Below, piece by piece: positions 1 to 13,766 of a stretch of 64,000 nucleotides of DNA. Position numbers and translations under genes: made by a program. Where the stretch lies: positions 103,540,001 through 103,604,000 of the forward strand of contig NC_043001.1 of assembly GCF_006345805.1 (NCBI RefSeq). The letters run 5' to 3'. The notes under the pieces were generated by a model. The model was given only the letters and a program-made list of their open reading frames with translations, had not been told where the DNA came from and searched no databases. Source of the stretch: Octopus sinensis (taxonomy: Eukaryota). Position 1 is the first letter of the stretch, and each line of letters starts with the position of its first letter.

Positions 1-404
1 AATATCTTGTTGCTCCTCCTTTGGCAGCAATGATAGCTGCTACGCGGGTCGGCATGCTGTCTATGAGTGCCTGCAGGTACTGTGCAGGGATGGCCCCTCA
101 TGCAGCAAGAAGTGCCCCAAACAGCTCGTGTCGGTTCCTGTATTGCTGCACATTCAAATACCTACCCAATTGACTCTAGAGGTTCTCAATAGGGTTCAGG
201 TCAGGTGACTGGCCAGCACGTACTCCTCGCCACCAAAGAGGTATCCCGTACTATCTCAACGTACTTTGCTGCGTTGATGTTGCCTTCGACGGCATAGAGC
301 CGCCCAACACCACTGTAGCTGAACGCCCCTCACACCATCAGACCACCCCCACCATGCTTCATGGTGAGCAAATCAAGGGTGCTAATTAATTTCTGACGAT
401 AGTG
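1..404 (-). mobile_element. Internally deleted, degenerate Tc1-like DNA transposon (5' TIR plus transposase C-terminus; runs off window start)
   Basis: Manual minus-strand translation gives KHGGGGLMV*GAFSYSGVGRL, QSPDLNPIENL* and SMPTRVAAIIAAKGGATRY, which are Tc1 motifs. TIR-like CACTATCGTCAGAAATTAATTAGCACC starts at 404 next to TA (405-406). The FQQDN region and the N-terminus are missing. Confidence 0.88.
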
Positions 405-1400
405 TACTTTAATCAGTAAAAATTCGCAATGATATCAAAGCTACAATTCGCAGTGATGATTATAGTTTACAACTTCTTAAGAGAACGTCTATAATACTTC
501 ATGTTTGTTTGATACAAACTTAATGTTTGTTTTTCATCCAAATTTCGCTTCTGAGTAATTTATTTTCTGAATTCATGTGAATCTGTTACGTAGGCCCTCC
601 ACAACTTGGAGGTCAAACAAAGAAAGAGTTGCTAAGCAATGGCAATACGTTCAGTCGACTGGATATAGGTAATATCCACTTCTCGTTTATATTACACCAT
701 ACTGTTTTAGAAAATGAAACACACTTTAAAAACATCCTCTTTCATATACAGACAAAAGTTATTATTGAAAGCAAGGAAATGGGAATCCGATGCTATCATA
801 TAATTACCGTTAGATATCTATTTTTGTGGACTTTGAAATTCAGTTCCGGTTTTTAAAAAATAACCAGTCAAATATAAACATTGTGTAATGGTAATATTAT
901 TGAGATTTGTTGATGGACTTTTTCTACTATCTCTTTATTTATCTGTGTTTTTGTAATATTATCATAGTGCGGGATATGTGAATTATATAACAAATAAAAA
1001 CTAATCTATTTTATTTTGAGAGTCGGATATACGCACAAAAAAGAGGCAGATTTTAATCAGATTAAATCCGGGTTTGTGAAAAAAAAAAATGTACGCAGTA
1101 AAACCTCGTTTGGTTTTTTTAATATTTTCTATTATCAAAGCAAGTATTAAACAAAAAATATTAAAAAAAAATTATCAATCTGTCTATCTGAATATTTCTA
1201 TTCCTGTGTTTATCAGGTAAAATTTTATTTCGAAAATAAACTTTCTGTATAAATAAAGGGTGCGGCAGGTATTTTAGAACGTATATGGTAATTTAATAAA
1301 ACAACTCTAATCTAGTAAAAACCATGTGCATTTTAATATACTATATATGTATATATATATGTATATATATTATATATATATATGTATATATATTATATAG

Positions 1401-1460
<60 letters not shown>

Positions 1461-1539
1461 ATATATATATAATATATATATATATTATATTATATATATA
1501 TATATTGTGCACTTTTTCGCGATAAGCTTTCTTATAAAC

Positions 1540-2560
1540 TTATTCTATATCTGACTTCAGCTTCGATTACTGTTTAAATATGGAACTGGAATTATTGATC
1601 TGCCAGCAACAAAAGAGCCTTATTCGTTTCAGGCATTACTTGGTTAATGAGAGCTTTCAGTGAAGTTATGGCATTGTTAGGATGTCGATTCGTCTCCTTT
1701 TCAACAACACTCCAGACAGTCTCCAGTTTGATGAATTTGGAGACCATGAATTAGTTTGGTGTTATACGATCGTAAAGATTGTCTGACATCAATTCTTGAG
1801 TTTACGAGTTTTGTGAGAAGGTGTAGATTCTTATAGCCTTCCACTGTGTACTTCTTCCGTCTACGGCTTAACGACTGTCTCCAAACCGCTTAACACACCA
1901 AGCACCTCGACTTATCCAGCAGCATTAGTTCTAAGATTCTGAAGAAAGAAGTGGTGTAGCAAAATATAACCTTCGTTATTTACCATGCCTAAAACCATCA
2001 GCGCTGTTAGAAACTTATTGTCCACGACTCTGGGGACATCAGAAGAATCTGCATATAACCCACTGTTATTTCTCCTGTTAGAATTTTGCCCAAAGATTTT
2101 TTCATCCGAGAAGGAGCAAGGCGTACTGTGTTCATGAAGGGTTTTTAACCTTGTTCTGTAAACTATCTGGCGTGGCTCTGATAATTTTCTTTTATCTTTG
2201 CAGACATTAATTGGATCTCCGCAATACATATGACTTGTATTGAATGTCCTCATGTATCACAGTTCTGATGGTCCACTCCGACACCTGAATTTCTTTGGTG
2301 ATAACCATCATTGATTTTCTAACATTATAATCAATAATGTTTTGAACCCATTGAATAAATTGTAGTGTCCTTATATAGTCTGGACGTCTAGAATGTGTTT
2401 TTCTCTTTAATGCAGTTAAAACGCCAGAGGCTTCCAATTCCATCCAAATTTTGTATGCAAAAGATCTTTCAACATTTACAAAGCTGGCAATTTCTAAATC
2501 ACTGTGTTCTACACATGTGGTAATAATCACCACACGTCTGTTCACTTCTTGTGCTTCCAT
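1540..2560 (-). mobile_element. Degenerate maT/DD37D-like (Tc1/mariner superfamily) transposase pseudogene
   Basis: ORFs 2207-2614 (HTH-like VSEWTIRTVIHEDIQYKSY) and 1912-2253 (FSDEKIF, VPRV, LMVLGMVNNEG). A downstream frame reads VWSVVEKETNRHP...VIEAE. Frameshifts and stops are present. Confidence 0.8.
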
Positions 2561-2643
2561 TTTATCTGTTACGCGTGATCTGAAAGAAATAAAACGAAGA
2601 AAGTAATATAACAACCCTCGCGTCCTATGTGTGTATATGTGTA

Positions 2644-2701
<58 letters not shown>

Positions 2702-2734
2702 AGAGTGTTCGGTGCGATGTAACGAAATTTAATA

Positions 2735-2908
2735 TTGAGGAAAAAAGTCGTCAAAATTTTAGAAAGAAAATCCTTTTATTTCTTCGCTATTATTAGAGTT
2801 TCCGTTCCTTTCCAGAACTTGTCAAGTTCTGGAAACGAACGAAAGCGCTTGTAATAATGAAGAAACAAAAGGATTTTCTTTCTAAAATTCTGACGACCTT
2901 TTCCTCAA
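2735..2908. mobile_element. ~174-bp fold-back (palindromic) MITE-like element
   Basis: 2735-2797 is the imperfect reverse complement of 2851-2908, and an inner stem TTTCCAGAACT/AGTTCTGGAAA closes a 5-nt loop (TGTCA). Confidence 0.7.
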
Positions 2909-3021
2909 AACACACACATACACACATACACACACATACACACACACACATATATATGTGTGTGTGTGTAGGTATGTATATATATATGTATGCACATATG
3001 TATGCATATATATATGTATGC

Positions 3022-3062
<41 letters not shown>

Positions 3063-3126
3063 CATACATACACTACATACATACATACATATACATATAT
3101 ATTATATATATATATAATAACCATAC

Positions 3127-3174
<48 letters not shown>

Positions 3175-3194
3175 CATACATACACACACATATC

Positions 3195-4861
3195 TATGGT
3201 CAGGATAAATGTTGTTATATGGTTGTGAAAAGCGGAAAGACTATAAACCAGACTAGTAACATCTCCATCAATGGTTTCACTCTTTCCTCTATATCTGACG
3301 AGGAATGTTACAGGTATCTAAGGGTGGAGGAAAACACATCTTACAACTAAATACGTGTCGCTAAAGAGTATTACAGGTGAATAAACTGTAAAGTTTGTAT
3401 CTCAGAACTCTCTGCATTCAATAAAACAGTGGCCCACAATGTGTTTGCAGCGGAAGTAATCATTCCAACATTTGGGTTGCTTGATTGGATGCTTGATGAG
3501 ATCCGAGTCATTGATGTGAAAATCCGGAAGATATTAACAAGCACACAATTTCCACTTAAACAGTGATGTAGACCTCCTCTACCTAAAACGGAAACAAGGC
3601 GGTAGAGGCTTAGAATCGATCCCAAATGCCTTTGAATGTAATATCATATCATATCATTACAGCAACATCTTTTAACCACCAAGTGTCGAAGTGCATCCCT
3701 TGACTAAGTTTGCATACATGAGGCTGATAATATCATAAGACTTGGAAGGCAGCTCCTTGAGCAACACTCTTTGTCTGATAACCTAGAATACATGCCCAAA
3801 GAAGTCACACGACTCTACTGCAACATATCATCAGAGGAAAGGATGAACCTATATGAGCAAAAGACTATGCATGGATATGTTACTAGAAATCTCTGTGGTG
3901 ATAGTAAGATCGATCATCAAAGCAGTTTATCATGGACAAATAGCTGGATCACTACCTCCCACTTAGAAGGGTATGCGTTTGCAATCCAGGAACAGGAGAT
4001 ATCAACCAAGTACTTAATGCACAAAAGGGATAGAGATGCAGGAAAAGCAGTAAAATGTGACAACCGATGCAGAATTTGTTGAGTTCACACTGAAGATATC
4101 ACCCGCATCATAAGCAGTTGTCCGAAAATGTCATCACGGTATTATCTACCGATGAGACATGATGCTGTAGCTAGGACACTCTATAATGAAATCTGGCGGA
4201 AGGATAATCCTTAGGACAAAGAAATAAAAATCCACAATATGGTAGAAGTCATAGCCACTCATAATAAAAGGAGGGCTGGTAGAATGTCCCTGTGACGACC
4301 TCAATAAAATGTAAGCACAAGAGACCTGATATAATGATTTGGGATAGAGAAGAGAAACTGTGCACTGTTGTGGAAATTAGCTGCCCAGTGGATGTTAACA
4401 TAAAGCTGAAGATCAGTGAAAAAGAGAACTCCTATGCTGAACTATTGAGAAATCTGCAGTTACTCTATCTAGATTACAAGTTCAGGTTTATACCTGTAAT
4501 TATTGGGGTACTGGGATATGTAACGCACTAATTAAATACGAATCTTGAGGAATTAGGCCTCTCAAAACCAGAAAGGAGAAAGCTAATTCGAAAAACTACA
4601 GATCCAATCCATCATTGGAACTGTAAAAATCTGTAAAACTTCCCAGAATGTCTAGATATGCAACTATATGCATGAGAATGCATACATAAAGCGAAACATA
4701 CAAATCTGCACGTATACATACATACATATTTACATAAATACATACATAGAAACAAAAACAACCTGTTGTTGATGTTGAAATTCCAATGAAGGAGACTTGA
4801 ATCTAGGTTAGAAACCGGCTCTTTCTCTATTGGCAAGAAATCTTGAAATAAAACTGAACAA
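3195..4861 (+). mobile_element. 5'-truncated R4/Dong-like non-LTR retrotransposon with restriction-like endonuclease
   Basis: Broken frames read [26 protein letters not shown] knuckle CRIC..TEDITRIISSC, RHD, RPDIMIWD, VEISCP and IPVIIGVLG. The 3' UTR ends ...GAAATAAAACTGAACAA. Microsatellites flank both ends. Confidence 0.85.
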
Positions 4862-5139
4862 ACATACACACACACACACACATTTATATATATATATATA
4901 TATACAAGTGTGTGTGTGTGTGTGTGTGTGTGTATTTGATCTGTGGTGTGTATTTGATCTGTTTTAAGGTGTACGGTTTGCCCAGACAACACGTGTACAT
5001 AATTGCAACCCATTTCAATTTGATTGCAGATTTAAATTTACCAACAGCGTCATAAATGTGCAAGGAAAAGGCATGGCTATCATAATTTACCGTTTCCTTT
5101 TCCCCAACAAAACCAACTTTACGAATATACGAGAAATAC

Positions 5140-5325
5140 ACACACACACACACACACAGATAGATAGATAGACAGACAGGCAGACAGATAGACAGACTGA
5201 CCAACAGACAGACAGACAGATAGATAGATAGGTAGATAGACATACAGACAGACAGACAGGAAGACAGGTAGGCACACAGACAGACAGGCAGGCAGGCAGG
5301 CAGACAGACAGATAGACAGACAGAC

Positions 5326-5360
<35 letters not shown>

Positions 5361-5413
5361 CAGGCAGGCCTATCATGGCACACAGACAGACAGACAGACA
5401 GACAGACAGATAA

Positions 5414-5453
<40 letters not shown>

Positions 5454-5555
5454 GCAGACAGGCAGGCAGACAGACAGACAGACAGACAAATAGATAGATA
5501 GACAGACAGACAGACAGACGGACAGATGGACAGACAGACAGACAGACAGACAGAC

Positions 5556-5600
<45 letters not shown>

Positions 5601-5671
5601 AATAGACAGACAGACAGGCAGACAGACAGACAGACAGGCAGACAGACAAACAGACAAACAGACAGACAGAC

Positions 5672-5732
<61 letters not shown>

Positions 5733-5749
5733 TAGATAGATAGATAGAT

Positions 5750-5814
<65 letters not shown>

Positions 5815-5815
5815 T
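5140..5815. repeat. Compound (CA)n/(GATA)n/(GACA)n/(TA)n microsatellite
   Basis: Directly visible; accounts for ORFs 5087-5857, 5119-5649 and 5373-5657. Confidence 0.97.
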
Positions 5816-6780
5816 ACTCATTGTCATTGCTCCATACGTGTCACACAAAACAAGCAAAAAGTCACGGAATGGACTGGTGGTATCAGGCTTTAAGATCGTT
5901 TCTTGATGCCAAATTCAAGTAAAATAAATTGAGATGATTAAAAAAAAAGAATGGATAAACGAAGAATTGCAGATTATAAATACATTTTATTGTCAAATTC
6001 CGTTTTTAGTACAAGACCCAATTTAGAATCCTGGAAATTCAAAATACAGAAAAGCCATTATATCAATTATCTAGGCTGGAACACCCTTACATTCATACAT
6101 TTACATTATACAAGTGTGAACATATAATATACATGCATATCCATACGTACATATATATATATATATATGTAGGTGACTGAGTAAATCTTCGTCTCAGGGA
6201 AATAGAGATTTCGAGATATGGAATGTGTGCGGAAGTGTTTATAAAATCAACACAGAGGACACATTTGTAATCGTACCGTTAAGTGTGTATCGAGACGTAT
6301 AGAAGTGGACTTGTTTGCTAATGAACATGACGCGAATTTTCAACACACTCACATACATACACGCTCAAAAATCGCTTTCAGTAATTCACATGCGCACGCA
6401 TCAATATTTGAACTCTGTGTTTTATATCCGTTTTAAGAGTTTCCGTAGGTCTTCGTCCATGTCTGTGTATGTATATATGTGAATATATATACCGAGAAGA
6501 GGCTATTTGTTTTGTCATTGTATGTGTATGGTGTGTTGGTTGATACGTCTTCCTTTGTTTGGTGACAGAATCGAGAAGGAAGCGATACACGCAAAAGAGA
6601 GGCAAACTCACAAACAGATTGATGATATTTTCGTTCATTTTCTAACGAATATTAAATTAGTTCCAAATTCGGGTAACTGTACGCCATTGTGGACAGTCAT
6701 CCGAACATGATAATGGCTGCTTTACAGTCCACGTTAGCAAGCTCGCTAGCTAGCTAGCTAGCTATTTGCTTCTTCATTCG

Positions 6781-7056
6781 TCATTGAGGTGGTTGTGGTG
6801 ATGAAAAAGATGATGGTGATGGTGACGATGAGAATGACGACGACGAAGGAGATGACGATGCTGACGACGAAGACGCTGCTCCGTTGGCCGGAAGGCCAGC
6901 ATCGACACTTGAACGCGGTTTCTGTAATTTTTCACCTATTTGTCGAATATGCTCGCTGTTTTGGGCGAGGATTTCTTGTTGCCGTTTCTGTTTTCGTCTG
7001 GCTGCTGCCAGCTTTTGGCCTTGATATTGGTGCATGTTTAAAGTTTCCAGAAGATC
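6781..7056 (-). CDS. Terminal coding exon of an unidentified gene (DLLETLNMHQYQGQKLAAARRKQKRQQEILAQNSEHIRQIGEKLQK...Ser/Pro-rich tail, stop)
   Basis: Polypyrimidine acceptor TTTCTTTCTCTGTCTCTTGCAG directly before 7056; 92 codons including the stop; predicted coiled-coil, non-repeat sequence; phase 0. Confidence 0.75.
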   Translation of the reverse strand, partial: DLLETLNMHQYQGQKLAAARRKQKRQQEILAQNSEHIRQIGEKLQKPRSSVDAGLPANGAASSSSASSSPSSSSFSSSPSPSSFSSPQPPQ

Positions 7057-7824
7057 CTGCAAGAGACAGAGAAAGAAATTTAATACAATAGGATGCAAAT
7101 CACTGATTTAGATGCGGTTGGAATGATTAAGGAAGGACAACATTTATTATTTCGCTAATATATGTGAATATATATACCGAGAAGAGGCGATGATATAATG
7201 GCGAAAATTATTTACTAATGGAAAGTAAGAAACATTTAAGCCCCATAAATTAAAGAAAGGTGCAAAAATATTAGAACAAATGAACAATACACTATGCAGA
7301 TATTCAACCAGTCACAAGAACACACACACTCACAGGCAAGTATACATAACATTCTTACTATGTTGTGTTACTGTAGTTTTACTGCATATACTTTTTACTA
7401 GAATTATTTTTCATCGTAAATTTCTGTGACATATTTACACCAGCAACAGTAATTTGATCCACATTTTTCAAAAATGTTGATGATGTAATTATTTCCCTGC
7501 CACATTAGATTAAATTAATTGAATTACAATAATTAATATTTACGTAAATATTAATTGATTAGCAATATCATTCTGTGTGTTATCAAAACAACTACAGACA
7601 AAATGAAAATTTTGCAATACCAATGAGATCGTTTGTTTTCTATTCTTCTCCAAATTTTCCTGTGGACATTCATTTAGACAACTTGAAACTTTGAGCAATA
7701 TTACACCGTTTGTTACTTTTGCAGTGAGGTAGTAATATATTGGAACTTAAACGATATGTTAATGAATTAGACTCTTCTAGAATTCTCCGGATATAATCTT
7801 TTAGTGCATAGATGCATACACACC

Positions 7825-7859
<35 letters not shown>

Positions 7860-8574
7860 GTAAGTAGTTGAGTGAATTATCCTAGTATGGATAATTCGGT
7901 TAACCGATATCCGGGTAGCAAATTTACGTCAGAAAACACGGTTTTTATACTCCGTTACATGAAGGCCGACTACCAAATTTCGTTGGGATATGTTTTACCT
8001 TTGTCTCTCTACCTCTACCCCCTCTCTCTCTCCCTCTCTCTATCATAGGCACAATCAAACACACAGACACAAACCTGTCACTTCACCACTAGATGTATTT
8101 GGCATTATTCCCCCCCCACACACACAATGACGCACAAACATACACACACATAGACACGAATGCAGTTATATACATACACACACATAGGTACTTAATCTCA
8201 TTAGCAACAGCAAACAACAACGCACCCCCATACATACGACTTGCACTCTGTCACCTTCCTATTCTTAGAACTTTCCCCTTCCAACCATTTTTGAACTCTT
8301 GAACTTTTTAGAATATTCTCCATCCAACCAATTTTGACGTCACTGCTTATAACTGAATATTTTAAAGAAACACTCATTATCACTATGGACTCCGTGTGGG
8401 CAGTCATCTAAAAGGTTTTGTTCGTCATGATGCTGACATAACTTCCTTGGCTTTCCTGATGAGAAGGCGGCATAATGCACCCTTTATTCCTTCGGAATTA
8501 AGAATATGCAGTCTTCGAAACATATGTCGAGAATAAAGGAATTTTGTTAAATCGTCGTTCGACTCCATTCTTTC

Positions 8575-8614
<40 letters not shown>

Positions 8615-8680
8615 TATATATATATATATAATGTATGTATATAATATATATTTATATACATGTATATATGTATATATATA

Positions 8681-8734
<54 letters not shown>

Positions 8735-8843
8735 ATATATATATATATGTATATATATATACATATATATATATTTATTTATTTATTTTTTTTAATTTCA
8801 TCTAGTTTCAGCTCACGAGCTGTGGCCTTGCTGTGGCCATATA

Positions 8844-8881
<38 letters not shown>

Positions 8882-8952
8882 GATAAAACTTACTTGGAAA
8901 AGGATGCGTGGCGTTCGATCATATAATATTATAAACAATATATAAATATATG

Positions 8953-8983
<31 letters not shown>

Positions 8984-9019
8984 GTACATACCTACATATA
9001 TATGTAAATATACATGAAT

Positions 9020-9365
9020 ATATGGGTACAGGACATCAAAAAAACGTTGAACACAATGAGAAACGAAAACATAAAAACAAAATCATGGAAACAAACTTTT
9101 TTTCAAACAACGAAAAATCATGCAACACATGTTCTTCAGTTGTCACTGTTTCGTCTACACCACGTTCGAAGGCAAGGACAAGATCCGACCTCGTTCAAAC
9201 AGTCCTTCCCGCAAAGCAAATTAAATAATATTTGGGATTTTTTGCGGAGGGTGAAAGCGGTAACAAGAAAAGGACAGTAAGAACAAAAAAGTAAAATCAA
9301 TACAAGTAAAAAACAGTAAAGGACAGGGCAACGAGAAGAACACAGTAAAAACAAACGATGAGGGC
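9020..9365 (-). mobile_element. Probable Penelope-like element terminal fragment
   Basis: Homologous to 11003-11250 (GTACAGGACATCA..., TTCGAAGGCAAG); carries hammerhead-like words GAA.CGT and CTGAAGA on the minus strand. Confidence 0.45.
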
Positions 9366-9420
9366 TGTTAAGCCAAGACGATGGAAAAATTATTTTGAAC
9401 GCATTAATATATATAATATA

Positions 9421-9598
9421 TACTCTTTTACTCTTTTACTTGTTTCAGTCATTTGACTGCGGCCATGCTGGAGCACCGGGACTTATTCTTTGTAAGCCCA
9501 GTACTTATTCTATCGGTCTCTATTGCCGAACCGCTAAGTGACGGGGACGTAAACACACCAGCATCGGTTGTCAAGCAATGCTAGGAGGACAAACACAA

Positions 9599-9645
<47 letters not shown>

Positions 9646-9806
9646 CGACAGGCTTCTTCCAGTTTCCGTCTACCAAATCCACTCACAAGGCATTGATCGG
9701 CCCGGGGCTATAGCAGAAGACACTCGCCCAAGATGCCACGCAGTGGGACTGAACCCGGAACCATGTGGTTGGTTAGCAAGCTACTTACCACACAGCCACT
9801 CCTGCG

Positions 9807-9809
<3 letters not shown>
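9421..9809 (-). mobile_element. tRNA-derived SINE family A with internal (TA)/(CA) microsatellite
   Basis: Head GGCGCAGGAGTGGCTGTGTGG...GGTTCAGTCCC (A/B-box-like) and TAAAAGAG tail repeats; multiple homologues in the window. Confidence 0.85.
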
Positions 9810-9844
<35 letters not shown>

Positions 9845-10696
9845 ATACAGTTTGTAAAATGACTGGTGTTAGTAAGGACATCAGATGTAGAGAGCATGTC
9901 GAAACAGATACTGGCAGCTGCTATATTTAGACTTTGCCAGCTCCTGTCACCGTCCGACCCATGCCAACATGGTTCTGAGAAGAAGGTAGAATTTTTTCAA
10001 GATTCTATCAGCAACGAGATTATTGTACTTGCTTCAGAATAAATTGTCTTGTCTTTGGCTTTATAATATATTCATTTGTTTGCTTTCCTTCTATGGTCGA
10101 TACTTGTGGCCTCCTCATTTATGATGTTGTCTTTAATTACTCTACCCAGCTTCCTTTTATCTTCTGATTTTTATGTGGTTTTACACATTTTATTCTTTAG
10201 TGCTTTTACATATATTATGTATATGGGTGAAGTTGAAAGAAGTTACGTCTTTCGCTTGTAATGACTAATGAGAGATGATATCTTCGTAACAACTTACGTA
10301 ACCACAGCCATCGTGCATAGGAAATACAATGAAAATATCAATAAGTGCTCTTTGTTATGTATATGAAGGGGAATTATGTATGCAGGTATACACAGGTCAA
10401 CTAAAAGCGATAGAGGAACGCAGACATTACTAGATTCGACATACATACATACAGACAGACAGCCATACATACATTCAGACTTACATGCAGGCATACATAC
10501 ATACATAAGACATACATATATGCATACATCATACATACATACATACATACATGCAGGCATACATATAAACATACATACACACACACATACATACATAATA
10601 CATACATGCATGCATACATTATCTCCCTTATAGTGGAAAAAACCCCTGATTACCTTCCCCTGTCTGGAACTCCATATTTCACAACATAGCGAAGAC

Positions 10697-10780
<84 letters not shown>

Positions 10781-10852
10781 CTGTGAATTATGTATATATT
10801 ATGTATATTTATATACTGAATGAAAAAGGGAGGTGAAAGTTTATTATTCGTG

Positions 10853-10899
<47 letters not shown>

Positions 10900-11002
10900 T
10901 ATATATATATAGGTGATAAATAAAAATATATGCATACATACAAACATATATGTACGTACCTACATCTACATGTATATATACATGCATATATAAATAATTA
11001 TA

Positions 11003-11250
11003 CGGGAGTACAGGACATCACAATAAGACGTAGAAACGGGAAAAACAAAAAAACCAAAAACAAGAAAACGAAAAACGAAAAACAAGAAAACGAAAAATAA
11101 TTACAGGACGAGCTACACAAGGACAAAACCCCCGTCATCAGCTGTCGCTAGTGGAGTCAGGCATGTTTCGAAGGCAAGACAGAACACTAATCCAATAGGC
11201 CTTCCTGCGAGAGAATTAAAATAAAATTCCAAGCAGCGGGGCAAAATATA
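11003..11250 (-). mobile_element. Probable Penelope-like element terminal fragment
   Basis: Homologous to 9020-9365; the minus strand has GAAACATG...CTGATGA. Confidence 0.45.
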
Positions 11251-11970
11251 TATATCTCTATATATATAAAACTGTAGTTGTGTGAGTGTCTGTCCCCTTC
11301 GATTTATATTCCTAACTACTCCCACATTTTGCGGTGCAGTTTAACCAAATTCGGGTATCTTATAGTCGTGATTCATATCGAGCCCGTCTGAGTATTAGCG
11401 CGCGTCTACGATGAGTCTACGATTTTAAAAATAATTTAACATCATTTTTTATTCCATTTTAATGCATAATTTTTCGTGTGTCGATGGCGGCGGTGTTGGC
11501 GTCCATGGTCACACCTGCACCTGTTTGCTTCTCCCCCTTCTTCCCTCCCTCGTGAAGCTGTGGGGAAGGGAGTGTAAGGAAATCAACGTCGTAAAGCGTA
11601 GTCAAGGAGACCAGCGTTCTTTTAGAACAACGACTTCATGGCTTGAAGACACCAAAACAGAAATGGCTAAGAAAGCCCGAATTGGCATCTATAAGGGAAG
11701 TAACTCTCTAAAAATGCTTATATAGTTATTTCCCTTACAAACGCGAGCAACGCCGGGCGATACTGCTAGTATATATATAAAGTTAATCCAAACGAGAAAG
11801 CACAAAAAACACAACACCGCGAGGACGTGGAACAAATATAGTATTATTGGACGCTCAGGAAAGAAGGAAGCTCTTCGTCGGAAACATAGAAGGAAAGATC
11901 CAGAGAAGGGAAGACAGAGGGAAAAAAATCGCCAACGGTACACACGAGGTCACATACACACACATACATA

Positions 11971-12019
<49 letters not shown>

Positions 12020-12480
12020 CACACACACACACACACATATATATATATGCATATATGTAATATATGTATGCGTGTATGCGTATACACACACACACACACA
12101 CATACATATACACACTTAAGACGTAGTAGAGGCTGCATTCATTTTTTTAGAATCATCCATCTTTGCTACTTCTCTTTCCAATCCATTCAGCGTTATCTTT
12201 TCTGCTCCAGACTATACAGTTATACAGTTTTCTTTATTCCAGATCATTGATATAAAATCCCTTCCATTCATATATCGTGATATCACTAAACTATATCTCA
12301 AGTGGATGTTGTTTTTTTGTATCCAGATTGTATTATTTCTTTAAATACCGAGTTTCCTGGGAATACCTTCAACAAACACAATATACTCCATTGTGACGAT
12401 CTACTCCAATTTAATCTTTTTAAGCTTTCCATTATATCCAGAAACCGATCGATTGCTGTTGTTTTCGTCTTCATAATAAC

Positions 12481-12517
<37 letters not shown>

Positions 12518-13037
12518 GAGTAAGAGAGCAGTGCATGCTATCCATGTGACGCTGGGGTAAACTATACGAAGCCCAGTATATCCATCATGACTACTCGTCT
12601 GATAAGAGTACACCAGGCACATGCATACATGCATCACAACCATATGTGCGCGACATGGTGATCTCAGGTGGGGGCCCAGTTAGAATTTTCTTCTGGTCGA
12701 GTAACTCATCCCACTCAAAAGGTCCCTGAATAAGGGTTGTTTAAGGATGTTGAACGAAACACCTATGTTTCCAGAGGTGAATTATTCAAACCCCAAAGAA
12801 TCCCTCTCAACACATGGCTATGATGCTCCCCCACTACTTCTGCTTGTGATCAGAGATGCACATAACGTCAGCCACTAAGGGACATGCTCAACTGGTTATG
12901 GTCAAACAACTGACAAGCAAATCTGTGGTATTGAGCAGAATATTTGCTGTAGCCCATCTTTTATACCAAGACAAAACCACGTACATGATAACACTTCCAA
13001 TCAGTCAAGATCAGAAGCCATGAGAGCCACTGTCTGG
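12518..13037 (+). mobile_element. ~520-560-bp interspersed element embedded in (ATT)n, copy 1 (orientation arbitrary)
   Basis: Highly similar to 13213-13770 and, inverted, to 49468-50024; (ATT)n on both sides. Confidence 0.8.
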
Positions 13038-13071
<34 letters not shown>

Positions 13072-13086
13072 TATTATTATTATTAT

Positions 13087-13133
<47 letters not shown>

Positions 13134-13145
13134 TCATTATTATTA

Positions 13146-13192
<47 letters not shown>

Positions 13193-13212
13193 GTATCATT
13201 ATTATTATTATT

Positions 13213-13766
13213 GAGTGAGAGAGCAGTTCATGCCATCAATGTGACACTGGGGTAAAATATACGAAGCCCAATATACCCATCATGACTACCTGTCTGATAA
13301 AGGTACACCAGGCACATAAATCACAACCATATGTGCGCGACATGGTGATCTCATATCAAGATAAACAGCACATGACCTTGCAGGTGGGGCCCAGTTAGAA
13401 TTTTCTTCAGGTTGAGTAGCCCATCCCGCTCAAACGGTCCCTGAATAAGGGTTGTTTAAGGATGTTGAAAGAACCACCCATGTTTCCAGAGGTGAACTAT
13501 TCAAACCCCAAAGAATCCCTCTCAACACATGGCTATGATGCTCCACCACTACTTCTGCTCGTGATCAGAGATGCACATATCGTCAGCCACTAAGGGACAT
13601 GTTCAACTGGTTAAGGTCAAACAACTGACAAGCAAATCTGTGGTATTGAGCAGAATATTTGCTGTAGCCCATCTTTTATACCAAGACAAAACAATGTACA
13701 TGATAACACTTCCAATCAGTTAAGATCAGAAGCCATGAGGGCCACTGCCTGGTACTGCATCAGGGC

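Noticed and set aside
5087-5857. Long ORFs of I/Y/C/V/L/S or N/T runs (also 10294-10947, 13716-14268, 52069-52740 and many others)
   Set aside because: They are translations of microsatellites.
13213-13320. HDV-like ribozyme at the end of the ATT-embedded element
   Set aside because: Hairpins are present, but I could not build the nested double pseudoknot by hand.
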